DNA of 64,000 nt from an uncultured Acidobacteriota bacterium (GTDB lineage Bacteria; Acidobacteriota; Vicinamibacteria; Vicinamibacterales; UBA2999). Under the pieces are notes generated by a model, which searched no databases, was not told where the DNA came from, and saw only the letters and a list, made by a program, of their open reading frames with translations. The stretch spans positions 1,893 through 65,892 of the forward strand of contig CAVSWX010000021.1 of assembly GCA_963731785.1 (NCBI GenBank). Reading direction: 5' to 3'. Within the stretch, counting starts at the first letter, position 1; every line of letters starts with the position of its first letter. Positions 1-9,231 of the stretch are shown piece by piece. The translations under genes and the position numbers were made by a program.

Positions 1-1
1 G

Positions 2-352
2 CCGTTTCCCGACCTGCACCTCAACGGGCGGCAGACGCTCAGCGAGAACATCGCCGACGTCGCCGGCCTTGCCACCGCGCACGACGGCTGGCAGGCGTCG
101 CTTGCCGGCACGGCCGCGCCCGCGCTCGGCGGCTTCACCGGTCCGCAGCAGTTCTTTCTCGCCTACGCCCAGAGCTGGCTGATCAAGTGGCGGGAGCCGG
201 CGCTGCGCCAGGCCGTCATCACCGACGGGCACGCCCCCGGCGAGTACCGCGCCGACACGGTGCGGAACCTCGACGCGTGGTACGATGCGTTCGACGTGAA
301 GCCGGGGCACGCCCTGTATCTCACCCCGGACCAGCGCGTGCGCATCTGGTAG
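2..352 (+). CDS. M13 family zinc metallopeptidase (PepO / endothelin-converting-enzyme-like), C-terminal fragment; the 5' end lies outside the window
   Basis: Own translation of frame 2 (edge ORF, not in the supplied track): PFPDLHLNGRQTLSENIADVAGLATAHDGW...FFLAYAQSWLIKWREPALRQAVITDGHAPGEYRADTVRNLDAWYDAFDVKPGHALYLTPDQRVRIW*. Stop TAG at 350-352. The ENIAD.(A/G)G block and the C-terminal ...R(V/I)W end are typical of Peptidase_M13 C-termini. Confidence 0.8.
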   Translation, partial: PFPDLHLNGRQTLSENIADVAGLATAHDGWQASLAGTAAPALGGFTGPQQFFLAYAQSWLIKWREPALRQAVITDGHAPGEYRADTVRNLDAWYDAFDVKPGHALYLTPDQRVRIW

Positions 353-622
353 GGATGAACGATCCGTCGATCGTCGCCGCGAGCGTCAGCGCACGCGAGC
401 CGATCCCGATCCACGCGCGGCGCGGGTCCGTGTCGCCCGACGTGCGGAGAGGGCGGCGGCGCCCATCCCCATCAACGCCAGCAGCGCCGGTTCGGGCACG
501 TCATCGGGCACCAATGCGGGAGTGAAGCCCACGGACACCCAGTCCATCGTGTCCACGCCAGACCCGTCACTCAATCGCGCGGCTGAGTTTGAAGAAAAGC
601 GTGCAATCGGGTCACAAGTAGT

Positions 623-1471
623 GTGAGGAGGGCCGACGCGATGGACGTGACTAGCTGGGGGGCCTCCAACGCACGAGCTTTCGCAGACCGCCACGAGGCC
701 GGCAGGGCGCTGGCCGAACGTCTCGAAACATTCGCGCGGCGCGATGACGTCGTCGTCCTGGCGCTGCCGCGCGGCGGAGTGCCGATCGGCTACGAAGTGG
801 CGACCAGGCTCGGCGTGCCGCTCGACGTCTTCACCGTGCGCAAGCTCGGTGTGCCTGGCCACCCCGAGCTGGCGATGGGCGCCATTGCCAGCGGCGGCGT
901 CCAGGTGCTGAACGACGAGGTGATCGACTGGCTGCGCCCGTCGGCGGAGGTGGTGGAGCGCGTTGCGCGCGTCGAGCTCGCCGAGCTCGATCGCCGCGAG
1001 CGCCTCTATCGCAACGGGCGCCCGCTCCTGCCGCTCGAGGGCCGCACCGTGATCCTGGTGGACGATGGCCTGGCGACCGGCTCGACGATGCGGGCGGCCG
1101 TGCAGGCCGTGCGACGGCTCGAGGCTGGGCGGGTCATCGTGGCGGCGCCGGTCGGGGCGCGCGACACGTGCGAGGCGATGCGGCTCGTGGCCGACGACGT
1201 CGTCTGCGTGATCAGCCCCGATCGCTTCGTCGCGGTCGGGGCGTGGTATCTGGATTTCTCGGAGACGAGCGACGACGAGGTGCGGCGCCTGCTCAAAGAA
1301 GTCGGTAGGTCGGGTCATTTCTCCGGGCACTTTCCGCCGGGACAGCGGTTGTTCTCCTCGCAGACGTACTCGAAGAGCCCGTCCTTGTCCCATTCCGGCT
1401 TGGCCAGGATTTCGAACTCCTGGCTCCACGGCTGCGTGAAGATCTTGGGATCGTCGATCGTGAGCGTGTAG
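623..1471 (+). CDS. phosphoribosyltransferase family protein
   Basis: ORF 623..1471 contains VVVLALPRGGVPIGYEVA and GRTVILVDDGLATGSTMRAAV (PRPP-binding loop). The last ~55 codons (after ...DDEVRRLLKEV, ~1305) overlap the convergent gene 1315..2140 and look non-homologous. The true stop is probably near TAG 1306-1308 in another frame if an indel is present. Confidence 0.75.
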   Translation: MRRADAMDVTSWGASNARAFADRHEAGRALAERLETFARRDDVVVLALPRGGVPIGYEVATRLGVPLDVFTVRKLGVPGHPELAMGAIASGGVQVLNDEVIDWLRPSAEVVERVARVELAELDRRERLYRNGRPLLPLEGRTVILVDDGLATGSTMRAAVQAVRRLEAGRVIVAAPVGARDTCEAMRLVADDVVCVISPDRFVAVGAWYLDFSETSDDEVRRLLKEVGRSGHFSGHFPPGQRLFSSQTYSKSPSLSHSGLARISNSWLHGCVKILGSSIVSV

Positions 1472-2140
1472 GAGATGGCGCTCGGGCTCTTCCACTGCAG
1501 CCGCTCGACGGTGCGCAGCGCGTCGCTGTGCATCCGGTATTCCTTCGAGTTCGTGTAGTAGTAGTCGTCGAGCGCCCAGCGCTTGAAATTGACCGTCTCG
1601 ATGATCAGCGTGTCGCCCTCCCATCGGCCCACGGGGTCGCCATAGAACATCGGCTCGAGCCCCTTGCGATGGGCCCGCCCGTCCAGCGGAATCACCCGGC
1701 TCATGCGCTGGAACTCGTGGACCATCACGAGGTGGTTCTTCGTCTGGAAGAACTGCATCGCGTTGGCCGACAGCATGCCGCCAGGAAACCCCGCCGGCAT
1801 GCAGAAGTCGCGCGGTTCGTCGTGCCGGGGGTCGCCCGTGCGCGGCTCGAGGAACGGTTCGCCGCCGGATTTCAGCGGCGCGAACCGCTTCCGATCGAAC
1901 ACGGTGGCCGACGAGCGGCCGCGCTCGTCGCCGGGCAGATAGGTGGGCCACTGGTAGGTGCCGGTGAAGTCCGGCTTGCCGTCGGCGGTGCGGGGAATGC
2001 CGGCCGGACTCGCGGCGGCGGCCGGTGGCGCGGGCGCCTGGCCCGCGCTTGCGCCGCGTCGAGCGCCGCCATCATCGAGAGGCCGCACGGGCAGAGCGCG
2101 ACGAGCCCAGCAGCAGCCACCGCAGGGAAAGCGTTCTCAT
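1315..2140 (-). CDS. secreted hypothetical protein, member of a 4-copy paralogous family in this window (one apparent frameshift near 2090)
   Basis: ORF 1315..2088 (GKPDFTGTYQWP...CMPAGFP...GRWEGDTLIIETVNF...EYVCEENNRCPGGKCPEK) aligns along its length with ORF 9232..10110. A GGAGGA RBS plus ATG 2138-2140 opens a signal peptide MRTLSLRWLLLGSS in another frame (tail of ORF 2072..2419). Confidence 0.6.
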
Positions 2141-2151
2141 ATACGTTCCTC

Positions 2152-2559
2152 CTAGCGCTGCGGCGCGCGGCCCGCGGGGTCGGTGGCCGTGAACACGTTG
2201 CGGCCGTCCTGATACGTGACGCGCTGCCCGAACCCGTTGTTGGATCCATCCTTGGCCCGGAAGCCCTCGACGTTGACCGTCGAGCCGATGACGAGCAGAT
2301 CCTTCGTGATGCCGCGCCGCATCAACTGGCCCGGCGCGCCGCCGGAAATCGCCCACGTGGTCAGCGTGCCGTCGGCGTTCTTCACGTCGACGTAGTACCA
2401 GATGTGCGGGTTCATCCACTCGACCTTGGTCAGCGTGCCGGTGATCTTCAACGGCTTCTGATCGTCGTACTCGGCGGCGAAGGAATGATGCGCGGCCGCC
2501 GGGCCGGCAGCGCCGGCGAGCGACGCCAGCGCGAGTGCCACCAATGCGAGTGCCTTCAT
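2152..2559 (-). CDS. small secreted protein (DUF6152-like; HHSF...EWxNPH motif)
   Basis: Last 135 codons of ORF 2152..3240, starting at ATG 2557-2559 behind a GGAGGAG RBS: MKALALVALALASLAGAAGPAAAHHSFAAEYDDQKPLKITGTLTKVEWMNPHIWYYVDV... It ends 11 nt upstream of gene 1315..2140, so they are a likely operon. Confidence 0.6.
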   Translation of the reverse strand: MKALALVALALASLAGAAGPAAAHHSFAAEYDDQKPLKITGTLTKVEWMNPHIWYYVDVKNADGTLTTWAISGGAPGQLMRRGITKDLLVIGSTVNVEGFRAKDGSNNGFGQRVTYQDGRNVFTATDPAGRAPQR

Positions 2560-2632
2560 GGACTCCTCCCTGCCCTCGAGAGACCGCTGCGCGGATTCTA
2601 TCGCGGCGCCGCTGGCCGGCGCGCTGGTGCCC

Positions 2633-2869
2633 TCACCGCGGTTCGGGCTCGTAGATCTCGCCTTCGATATCGCCCAGTTTGTCCTGGACGTAGCCGCACG
2701 CGTCCCGTACGCCCTGGTTGTAGACGGGCGGCCCCAGTTCGCGGACGAAGAAGTCGAGCAGTTCCGCGGCGCGGAAGTCGCTGATCGGCTCGTCGAATGC
2801 CTTCGCGAAGTGCTGCTTGATGGCGCGCAGGAGCGCCGCGCGGCGGTCGTCGGACAATCGGATGCGCAT
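2633..2869 (-). CDS. DUF2164 domain-containing protein
   Basis: 78-aa ORF MRIRLSDDRRAALLRAIKQHFAKAFDEPISDFRAAELLDFFVRELGPPVYNQGVRDA..., which matches the LL.FF..E.GP..YN.gv.Da signature of DUF2164 as I remember it. Confidence 0.7.
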   Translation of the reverse strand: MRIRLSDDRRAALLRAIKQHFAKAFDEPISDFRAAELLDFFVRELGPPVYNQGVRDACGYVQDKLGDIEGEIYEPEPR

Positions 2870-3068
2870 CGCGCGGCTAGTGTACCCGTGCCGTCCCCCA
2901 ATTCAGGCGAGGCGGCCGGAGCGCCCAACTCTCGAGCCCGTTTCGACGTCAAAGATGGCCATAGGGCAGTGAACGTTTTTCCTCGGGCGGCGTCTAAAGC
3001 CGGTATTTGGGAGACTGCGCCGATGTGATGTCGGCCGCCGGTCGTCGTATTGGCCGTCGTGACCCTGA

Positions 3069-4061
3069 GTGCTGCGATCGAGGAATGTGCTGATGCGTAG
3101 AGCGCCGTCGACGGCCCCGTTGCCGATCGTGCTCGCGTGCGCCGCTGTGCTGGCGCCCGATCCCACAAGCGGACAAGCCCCCGCGACCGGGCAGTCACCG
3201 GAAACGGCGGCCCGCATCCTCGCCGAGACCCGGGCGGCAATCGGCAGCGGAGTGTCGGACATGAAGACGCTCGTCGTCACCGGCCGAACACGGCAGGTGC
3301 GCGGCGACAACCTGGTGCCGATCGAATTCGAGATCCAGGCCGAACTGCCCGACAAGTTCGCGCGGCGCGACGAGTTTCCCGCGCAGGACGCCGGCCCGTC
3401 GGTCACCGGCTTCAACGGCGATCGCTTCGTGCAGAATCCGGTGCCCCAGCCGCCTCCGGCGCGGCCCGGCGGACCGCCGCCGCCAACTCCGCAGCAGCTC
3501 GAAGCCGCGGCGCGCCAGCAGCTCGTGACCGCCAAGCAGGACTTCGCCCGGCTGATGCTGGGGTTGTTCGCGTCCTCTTACTCGAGCTATCCGCTCTCGT
3601 TCTCGTACGCCGGTCAGGCCGAAGCGCCACAGGGCCGTGCCGAGGTGCTCGACGTGAAAGGCGCAGACGATTTCGCCGCGCGGCTGTTCATCGACGGCAA
3701 GACCCATCTCCCGATCATGCTCAGTTGGCAGGCGCGACAGCCGCCGGCCCGCGGCCGCGGTCCAGGCGGTGCGCCGCCCGGCGCGGCGGCACCGCCGCAG
3801 CGCCACCGGCCGCAGCGCCACCACCCGCCGGAGCGGCGCCGCAGCGGCGCCGCGGGAGCGCCGCGCGCGGGTGGTCCGCCCGCACCGCCGCCGACGGTCG
3901 AGAACCGGCTCTACTTCGCCGAGTACCGGGAGTTTTCCGGACTGCAGTTGCCGACGCGCCTGCGGCGCGCCGTGGCTGGCGAAACCACGGAGGAAACGAC
4001 GGTCGATCGATTCCGGATCAACGCGCGCGTTGATCCCAGGCGTTTCGAGTCCGGCAGTTAG
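3069..4061 (+). CDS. secreted Pro-rich hypothetical protein (possibly LolA-like/lipoprotein-sorting fold)
   Basis: ORF 3069..4061 with signal peptide MRRAPSTAPLPIVLACAAVLA (ATG 3093 is the likelier start), poly-Pro linkers, and a C-terminus ...ENRLYFAEYREFSGLQLPTRLRRAVAGETTEETTVDRFRINARVD. It lies directly upstream of the TonB-dependent receptor. No family is recognised with certainty. Confidence 0.5.
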   Translation: MLRSRNVLMRRAPSTAPLPIVLACAAVLAPDPTSGQAPATGQSPETAARILAETRAAIGSGVSDMKTLVVTGRTRQVRGDNLVPIEFEIQAELPDKFARRDEFPAQDAGPSVTGFNGDRFVQNPVPQPPPARPGGPPPPTPQQLEAAARQQLVTAKQDFARLMLGLFASSYSSYPLSFSYAGQAEAPQGRAEVLDVKGADDFAARLFIDGKTHLPIMLSWQARQPPARGRGPGGAPPGAAAPPQRHRPQRHHPPERRRSGAAGAPRAGGPPAPPPTVENRLYFAEYREFSGLQLPTRLRRAVAGETTEETTVDRFRINARVDPRRFESGS

Positions 4062-4085
4062 CCCTTAGGCCAACGAGGTAAACGC

Positions 4086-6764
4086 ATGGTTTCGAGATTT
4101 GCCCGATGCGGGCACGTCGTAGTGGTCGTGTGTCTCCTCGCCGCGGCGATGCTGGCGGCCGCGGCGCCGGCGGCCGCGCAGGCCGCCCGGCCGGGCACGC
4201 TGCAGATCACCGTCGTGGATCCGAGCGGCGCCGTCATTGCCAACGCCACCGTCACCGTGACGGGGGCCGAAGCGGCGACCAAGGCGCAGACACCCGCGCC
4301 GGTGCAGACCAACGCGCAGGGCGTGGCGAGCGTGGCCGGCCTGCCGCCGGGACGCTACACGGTGAGCGCCGAGTTCCCCGGCTTCGAGACGCGCGCGCTG
4401 CCCGAGGTGCGGGTGCGGGCCGGCGACAACAAGCAGGTGATGATGCTGCCGATCGCCGGCGTGCAGGATGCGGTGACCGTCGAGCGCGACAAGCAGGAGT
4501 CGGCGGCGGATCGCCAGTCCACGTTCGGCACGGTGCTGACCCGCGAGCAGCTCGAGGCGCTCTCCGACGATCCCGACACGCTCCGGCAGCAGCTGCAGGA
4601 CATGGCCGGACCTGGCGCCGTGATCAAGGTGGACAGCTTCGAGGGAGCCGCGCTGCCGCCGAAGGCCATGATCCGTTCGATCCGCATCTCGCGCGATCAG
4701 TTCGCGGCCGAGAACCACTCGGCCGGCGGCATCTCGATCGAGATCATCACCCAGCCAGGCCTCGGCCCGATCCGCTACAACACCGCCTTCCGGTTCCGCG
4801 GCGGGTCGCTGAGCGGGCGCAGCCCGTTCACGCCCGTCCGGGGGCCCGAGCAGCTGAAGAACTACATGATGGGTCTCAACGGCGCCCTGGTGCAGAACAA
4901 GGCCTCGTTCAACCTCAACGTGAACGGCGTCGACTCCTACGAGACGCCGAACATCAACGCGGCGCGGGCGCTCGGCGACGGCACCCGCTCCGAGGCGCTG
5001 CGCCTGAGCACGCCGCGCGACAACGTCAACGTCAACGCCAACGTCGACTACGCGCTGACGCTCGATCAGACGCTGCGCTTCGGCTACAACGGCAACCGGA
5101 ATTCGGTGGAGAACCTCGGCATCGGCGAGTACGACTACGAGGAGCGCGCGTATTCGACCGAGAACTCGAACCACAACCTGCGCGTGCAGCACATGGGCCC
5201 GCTGGGCCGCCGCATGTTCCTGCGGACCCGGCTGCAGATGTTCTGGAACGATTCCGAATCCCGTTCGGCCTTCGAGGCGCAGACCATCCGCGTGCTCGAC
5301 GCGTTCACGCGCGGCGGCGCGCAGCGCGCCGGCGGGCAGCACAACCGCGGCCTGAACGTCGGCAGCGACCTCGATTACGTGCGCGGCATCCACTCGTTCC
5401 GCACCGGCCTGCAGTTCGACACGCTGCGCGTCCGCGCCGACGACACGACGAACTACCTCGGGACCTACACGTTCGAGAGCCAGCGGGCGTTCGAGGAGGG
5501 CCGGCCGCGCAGCTACACACAGCGCGTCGGCGATCCGGAGATCCGCTACAGCAACGTCCAGGCGGCGTGGTACGGGCAGGACGACATGCGGATCCGGCGC
5601 AACCTGACGGTCAGCGCGGGCGTGCGCTACGAAGCGCAAACCCACGTGACCGACTACAACAGCTTCATGCCGCGCGTCGGCGTCACCTGGGCGCCGTTCA
5701 AGAGCGGCGCCACCACGCTGCGATCGAGCTGGGGCATCTTCCACGACTGGCTGCCCGCCAATACCTACGAGCAGACGCTGCGCGTGGACGGCTTCAACCA
5801 GCGCGAGGTGGATCTGCTCAACCCGTCGTTTCCCGACGTGGGCGACGTCGGGACCGCGCCGCCGGCGAACCGCTACCTCCTCGAGGGCGGCCTGCGTCTG
5901 CCGCACACCAACCGCGTGAGCGGCGGCATCGATCAGCGGCTCGCCCGGCAGGTCCAGACCAGCGTCACCTACGCCTACCAGCGCGGCGTGTCGATCTTCC
6001 GCGGTCTCAATCTGAATGCGCCGGTGGACGGCGTGCGGCCCGATCCCGGCTTCGGCAACATCGTCGAAGTGGTGTCCGACGCGGCGTCGCGTCTGCACGA
6101 GGTACAGGTCTCGATGACCGTGAATCCAGGCGCGCTGATCCCGGCGTTCAACGCCCCGCTCATCAACTGGAAGCGCGCGACGGTGTTCACGAACTACACC
6201 TGGGCGAACCTTGAAAACAACTCGGATGGGGCGTTCGCCATCCCGGCGACCGGCAGCCTGGCGCAGGAATGGGGGACGGCGACGCAGGAAGTCCCGCACC
6301 GCTTCAACTTCACGTTCAACAGCCAGTTCGTCAGGAACTTCCTGATGCAGTGGAACTTCAACGTGAACTCCGGGCTGCCGTACACGATCCGCACCGGCTT
6401 CGACGGCAACGGCGACCTGGTCTACAACGATCGCCCGGACGGCGTGGCCCGCAACACGCAGCGGGCGCCGACGCAGTGGACGATCAACCCCGCCGCCGCC
6501 TACACCTTCCTGTTCGGGCGCCAGCAGACGCGGCTGCCGCCGGGGATCAGCGTGATTGCCGGCGGGGCGGGCGCGCCCACGGTGCAGACCTTCGACCAGA
6601 ACGCGGCGCGGTTCCGGCTGCAGTTCGTCGTGCAGATCCAGAACCTCACCAACCGCTCCAACTACGTCGGCTACAGCGGCGTGATCACGTCACCCTTCTT
6701 CGGCCAGGCCACGGCCGTCACCGGGACCCGCAAGGTGGACGTGGGAGTACAACTGAGTTTCTAA
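4086..6764 (+). CDS. TonB-dependent receptor with N-terminal carboxypeptidase-regulatory-like domain
   Basis: Intact 892-aa ORF. It has a signal peptide and then GTLQITVVDPSGAVIANATVTVTG...LPPGRYTVSAEFPGFE (CarboxypepD_reg). A long beta-barrel region with alternating pattern ends ...GTRKVDVGVQLSF* (aromatic C-terminus). Confidence 0.85.
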   Translation: MVSRFARCGHVVVVVCLLAAAMLAAAAPAAAQAARPGTLQITVVDPSGAVIANATVTVTGAEAATKAQTPAPVQTNAQGVASVAGLPPGRYTVSAEFPGFETRALPEVRVRAGDNKQVMMLPIAGVQDAVTVERDKQESAADRQSTFGTVLTREQLEALSDDPDTLRQQLQDMAGPGAVIKVDSFEGAALPPKAMIRSIRISRDQFAAENHSAGGISIEIITQPGLGPIRYNTAFRFRGGSLSGRSPFTPVRGPEQLKNYMMGLNGALVQNKASFNLNVNGVDSYETPNINAARALGDGTRSEALRLSTPRDNVNVNANVDYALTLDQTLRFGYNGNRNSVENLGIGEYDYEERAYSTENSNHNLRVQHMGPLGRRMFLRTRLQMFWNDSESRSAFEAQTIRVLDAFTRGGAQRAGGQHNRGLNVGSDLDYVRGIHSFRTGLQFDTLRVRADDTTNYLGTYTFESQRAFEEGRPRSYTQRVGDPEIRYSNVQAAWYGQDDMRIRRNLTVSAGVRYEAQTHVTDYNSFMPRVGVTWAPFKSGATTLRSSWGIFHDWLPANTYEQTLRVDGFNQREVDLLNPSFPDVGDVGTAPPANRYLLEGGLRLPHTNRVSGGIDQRLARQVQTSVTYAYQRGVSIFRGLNLNAPVDGVRPDPGFGNIVEVVSDAASRLHEVQVSMTVNPGALIPAFNAPLINWKRATVFTNYTWANLENNSDGAFAIPATGSLAQEWGTATQEVPHRFNFTFNSQFVRNFLMQWNFNVNSGLPYTIRTGFDGNGDLVYNDRPDGVARNTQRAPTQWTINPAAAYTFLFGRQQTRLPPGISVIAGGAGAPTVQTFDQNAARFRLQFVVQIQNLTNRSNYVGYSGVITSPFFGQATAVTGTRKVDVGVQLSF

Positions 6765-6769
6765 ATCCA

Positions 6770-7092
6770 CGTAGGTGCCCGGGGCTTTGTAGGCGGTCTT
6801 CTTGCCCGCGGCCTTGTCCATCTCCTCAGGGGTGATGAGCACGGTCGTCGTGGTCTCGGCGCCGCCGGTGCCGGCAACCGCCAGGGACAACGCCGCGGCC
6901 GAGGCCGCGTCGGGCAGGTCGGCTATCACCACCGCGTCGTACTGGCCCGAAGCAGAAGTAGAGCGCCTCCAGCTTGCCGCCCAGGCTCTCCACCGCTTTG
7001 GAGGCGACCTTCCGGCGCTTGGTGCCGCCGTCCTTGCGTACGCCTTTGGCTCCTTCGGCGGTGTACGAAATCGAGAAGAGATACTTCGGCAT
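6770..7092 (-). CDS. GYD domain-containing protein (one or two apparent frameshifts; 3' end approximate)
   Basis: ATG 7090-7092 behind an AGGAG RBS: MPKYLFSISYTAEGAKGVRKDGGTKRRKVASKAVESLGGKLEALYFCFG (ORF 6826..7146). It continues in the frame of ORF 6690..7322 as QYDAVVIADLPDAASAAALSLAVAGTGGAETTTTVLITPEEMDKAAGKK. Confidence 0.65.
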
Positions 7093-7156
7093 GAGTTGCT
7101 CCTGGCTGTGCAGCGCCGCATCTGGGGCGCAGCGAGGTGACAGCATACGCCCGCTT

Positions 7157-7713
7157 TCAGGAACGCGACGGCAGGTAGTCGTCGATGGCGCCGACGATCA
7201 GCACCTCGGCGCCCTCGTCGGTGGTGATCTCGCCATGGTCGGAGTCCGCGTCGGCGTGGTGGAAGTCGCCGGCGCGGAGCACGCGGCCGTCGATGACGAC
7301 CGAGCCGCGAATCACGTAGCACTCCTCGGGGCCCGAGTGGCGGTGCGACGGGTACACGGCGCCCGCGTCGCCCGGATCAGCAACGTCACCACGCCGCGCG
7401 CCTTGTCGATCGACAGCACCTTCGACTGGATGCCGGGCAGCGGGGTATCGGCCCACTCCTGATCACCGGCGAACACGGTGTATCGCCCAGGCGTGCGCGT
7501 GGCCGCGATCACGTGGTCGCGCACGCGCGCGGGCGGGTCGGCCTGATCGACCCCCGAGCCGAGCGCGAGCGTGACGTCGTACAGCGACGCGACGTGCGCG
7601 CGCTCCTCGGGCGAGAGCGCCGCGACGCGCGCGTCGAGCACGAGGCGATCCTCGGGGTCGAGCGCGCCAATCGCGTCGGCGAGGGCCAGCGCTTCGAGGT
7701 CGTCGGGGATCAT
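7157..7713 (-). CDS. putative anti-sigma factor with C-terminal cupin (ChrR-like) domain (one apparent frameshift near 7380)
   Basis: MIPDDLEALALADAIGALDPEDR...TPLPGIQSKVLSIDKARGVVTLLIRA (frame of ORF 7312..8325) joins ...GAVYPSHRHSGPEECYVIRGSVVIDGRVLRAGDFHHAD... (ORF 7157..7456). Its ATG 7711-7713 overlaps the sigma factor stop (ATGA). Confidence 0.7.
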
Positions 7714-8270
7714 GCCGTCTGCTCCAGGCGCACCCGCAGGCTCACGAGGCCGTTGCGGATCCGTGTTTTGACCGTGCCGAGCGGTACGCCGAACCGGGCG
7801 GACAGCTCCTGGTGGGTGCAGCCCTCGAAGAACGCGGCTTCGATGAGCGTCCGCTGCGGCACTGGCAGCTCCGCCACGGCGCCCCGGACCGCGATTGCGG
7901 TGTATGCGCTCTGCATCAGCGTCTCGGGCGTGTCGAGGGAGGGCGTTTCGGGGCGGGCCGCCTCGTCCATCGCCGGCACCGGAGCGTTGACGTCGGCGCG
8001 CACCTGCCTGGCACGCAGCCGGTCGATCGCGCGGTTGCGCGCGATGCGCACCACCCACGCCGCCGGCGACCCGAGCCGGGGGTCGTAGGTCTCGGCGCGG
8101 GACCACACCCGCACGAAGGTCTCCTGCAGTACTTCCTCGGCGTCCGCCGGGCTCTGGAGGATGCGCCGGATGATCGCGAAGGCGAGCCGGCTGTGGCGAT
8201 CGTAGAACTCCGCCAGAGCCGCATCGTCGCGCGCGGCAATCCGCTTCAACAGGACGAGGTCGTCGCTCAC
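7710..8270 (-). CDS. ECF (sigma-70 family) RNA polymerase sigma factor
   Basis: GTG start at 8268-8270 within ORF 7710..9209: VSDDLVLLKRIAARDDAALAEFYDRHSRLAFAIIRRILQSPADAEEVLQETFVRVW (region 2) ...PVPQRTLIEAAFFEGCTHQELSARFGVPLGTVKTRIRNGL (region 4 HTH). Confidence 0.88.
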   Translation of the reverse strand: MSDDLVLLKRIAARDDAALAEFYDRHSRLAFAIIRRILQSPADAEEVLQETFVRVWSRAETYDPRLGSPAAWVVRIARNRAIDRLRARQVRADVNAPVPAMDEAARPETPSLDTPETLMQSAYTAIAVRGAVAELPVPQRTLIEAAFFEGCTHQELSARFGVPLGTVKTRIRNGLVSLRVRLEQTA

Positions 8271-8344
8271 ACCCGGGGCCACTCGGGAAACCGCGATGGT
8301 GCCACACGGCGGAACGGCCGGGCAAGCCGAGGCGCTGGCCTGCG

Positions 8345-9172
8345 CTAGTTGAGTCCGAGAATCGCGCGGGCGTCGGCCGGCGTGGCCACCGCGCGGCCGT
8401 ACTCGGCGCAGAGATCGGCGACGCGGCCGACGAGCTCGGCGTTCGACGCCGCGAGGCGATGCTTGTCCCACCGCACGTTGTCCTCGAGCCCGGTGCGGCA
8501 GTGCCCGCCCATGTCCAGGCACCAGCGGTTCACGTCGATCTGATGGCGGCCGATGCCGGCCGCCACCCACGTCGCGTCGGGCATCAGCTCGCGCAGCTTT
8601 CCGACCTCGAACTCGAGAATGTCGCGTTCGGCCGGCAGGGCGTGCCTGACGCCGAGCACGAACTGCACGTGGAGCGGCGCCTTCAGCACGCCGTCGCGGA
8701 CGTAGTTGACGGCGTTGTAGAGCATCGCGAGGTCGAAGACCTCGATCTCGGGCTTGACGCCGTACTGGGTCATCTTGCCCGCGAGCTCGAGAATGAGATC
8801 CGGCGGGTTCTCGTAGACGCGGGTCGGAAAGTTGCACGACCCGGTGGAGAGCGAGGCCATGTCGGGCTTCAGGTGCAGCATGCCGCCGCGCTCCGATCCC
8901 ACGCCGGAGCGGCCGCCGGTGGAGAACTGCACGATGATGTCGGGGCAGTGCACCCGGATCCGTTCGAGGAAATCCGCGAACTTGTCCGGATTGGAGCTGG
9001 TGGACTGATCGTCGTTGCGCACGTGCACGTGCACGAGCGCCGCGCCGGCCTCGTAGCACGCGTGCGTCGACTCGATCTGCTCGCTCACGGTAATCGGAAC
9101 GGCGGGGTTGTTCTCCTTGCGGGGGACCGAACCAGTGATCGCGGCCGTAATGATGCAGGGAGCGTGAGGCAT
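8345..9172 (-). CDS. 3-keto-5-aminohexanoate cleavage enzyme family protein (BKACE/DUF849)
   Basis: ORF 8345..9190: MPHAPCIITAAITGSVPRKENNPAVPITVSEQIEST...VHVHVRNDD...IIVQFSTGGR...GHCRTGLEDNVRWDK, the typical BKACE TIM-barrel signature. Start taken at ATG 9170-9172. Confidence 0.8.
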   Translation of the reverse strand: MPHAPCIITAAITGSVPRKENNPAVPITVSEQIESTHACYEAGAALVHVHVRNDDQSTSSNPDKFADFLERIRVHCPDIIVQFSTGGRSGVGSERGGMLHLKPDMASLSTGSCNFPTRVYENPPDLILELAGKMTQYGVKPEIEVFDLAMLYNAVNYVRDGVLKAPLHVQFVLGVRHALPAERDILEFEVGKLRELMPDATWVAAGIGRHQIDVNRWCLDMGGHCRTGLEDNVRWDKHRLAASNAELVGRVADLCAEYGRAVATPADARAILGLN

Positions 9173-9231
9173 CCGTTGACATGGGACCACGGCGATCCGC
9201 GCCTGTCAAACCGATCGCCCGCCCGCTGCCA

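Noticed and set aside
386-1951. 521-aa ORF on the minus strand (and similar long ORFs such as 1528..2784+, 4065..6299-, 4106..6214+, 9735..10946-, 13751..15358-, 22213..24207-, 24176..25306-, 50017..51615-, 51195..53582-)
   Set aside because: They are Arg/Ala/Pro/Gly-rich translations antisense to, or out of frame with, genes that have clear family signatures. Long spurious ORFs are expected in ~70% GC DNA because stop codons are AT-rich. None shows a recognisable motif.
3069-4061. Pro/Arg-rich middle segment (…PPARGRGPGGAPPGAAAPPQRHRPQRHHPPERRRSGAAGAP…) as a functional low-complexity domain
   Set aside because: It could equally be a short out-of-frame stretch between two compensating indels. 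This cannot be decided without homologues, so it is not reported as a finding.
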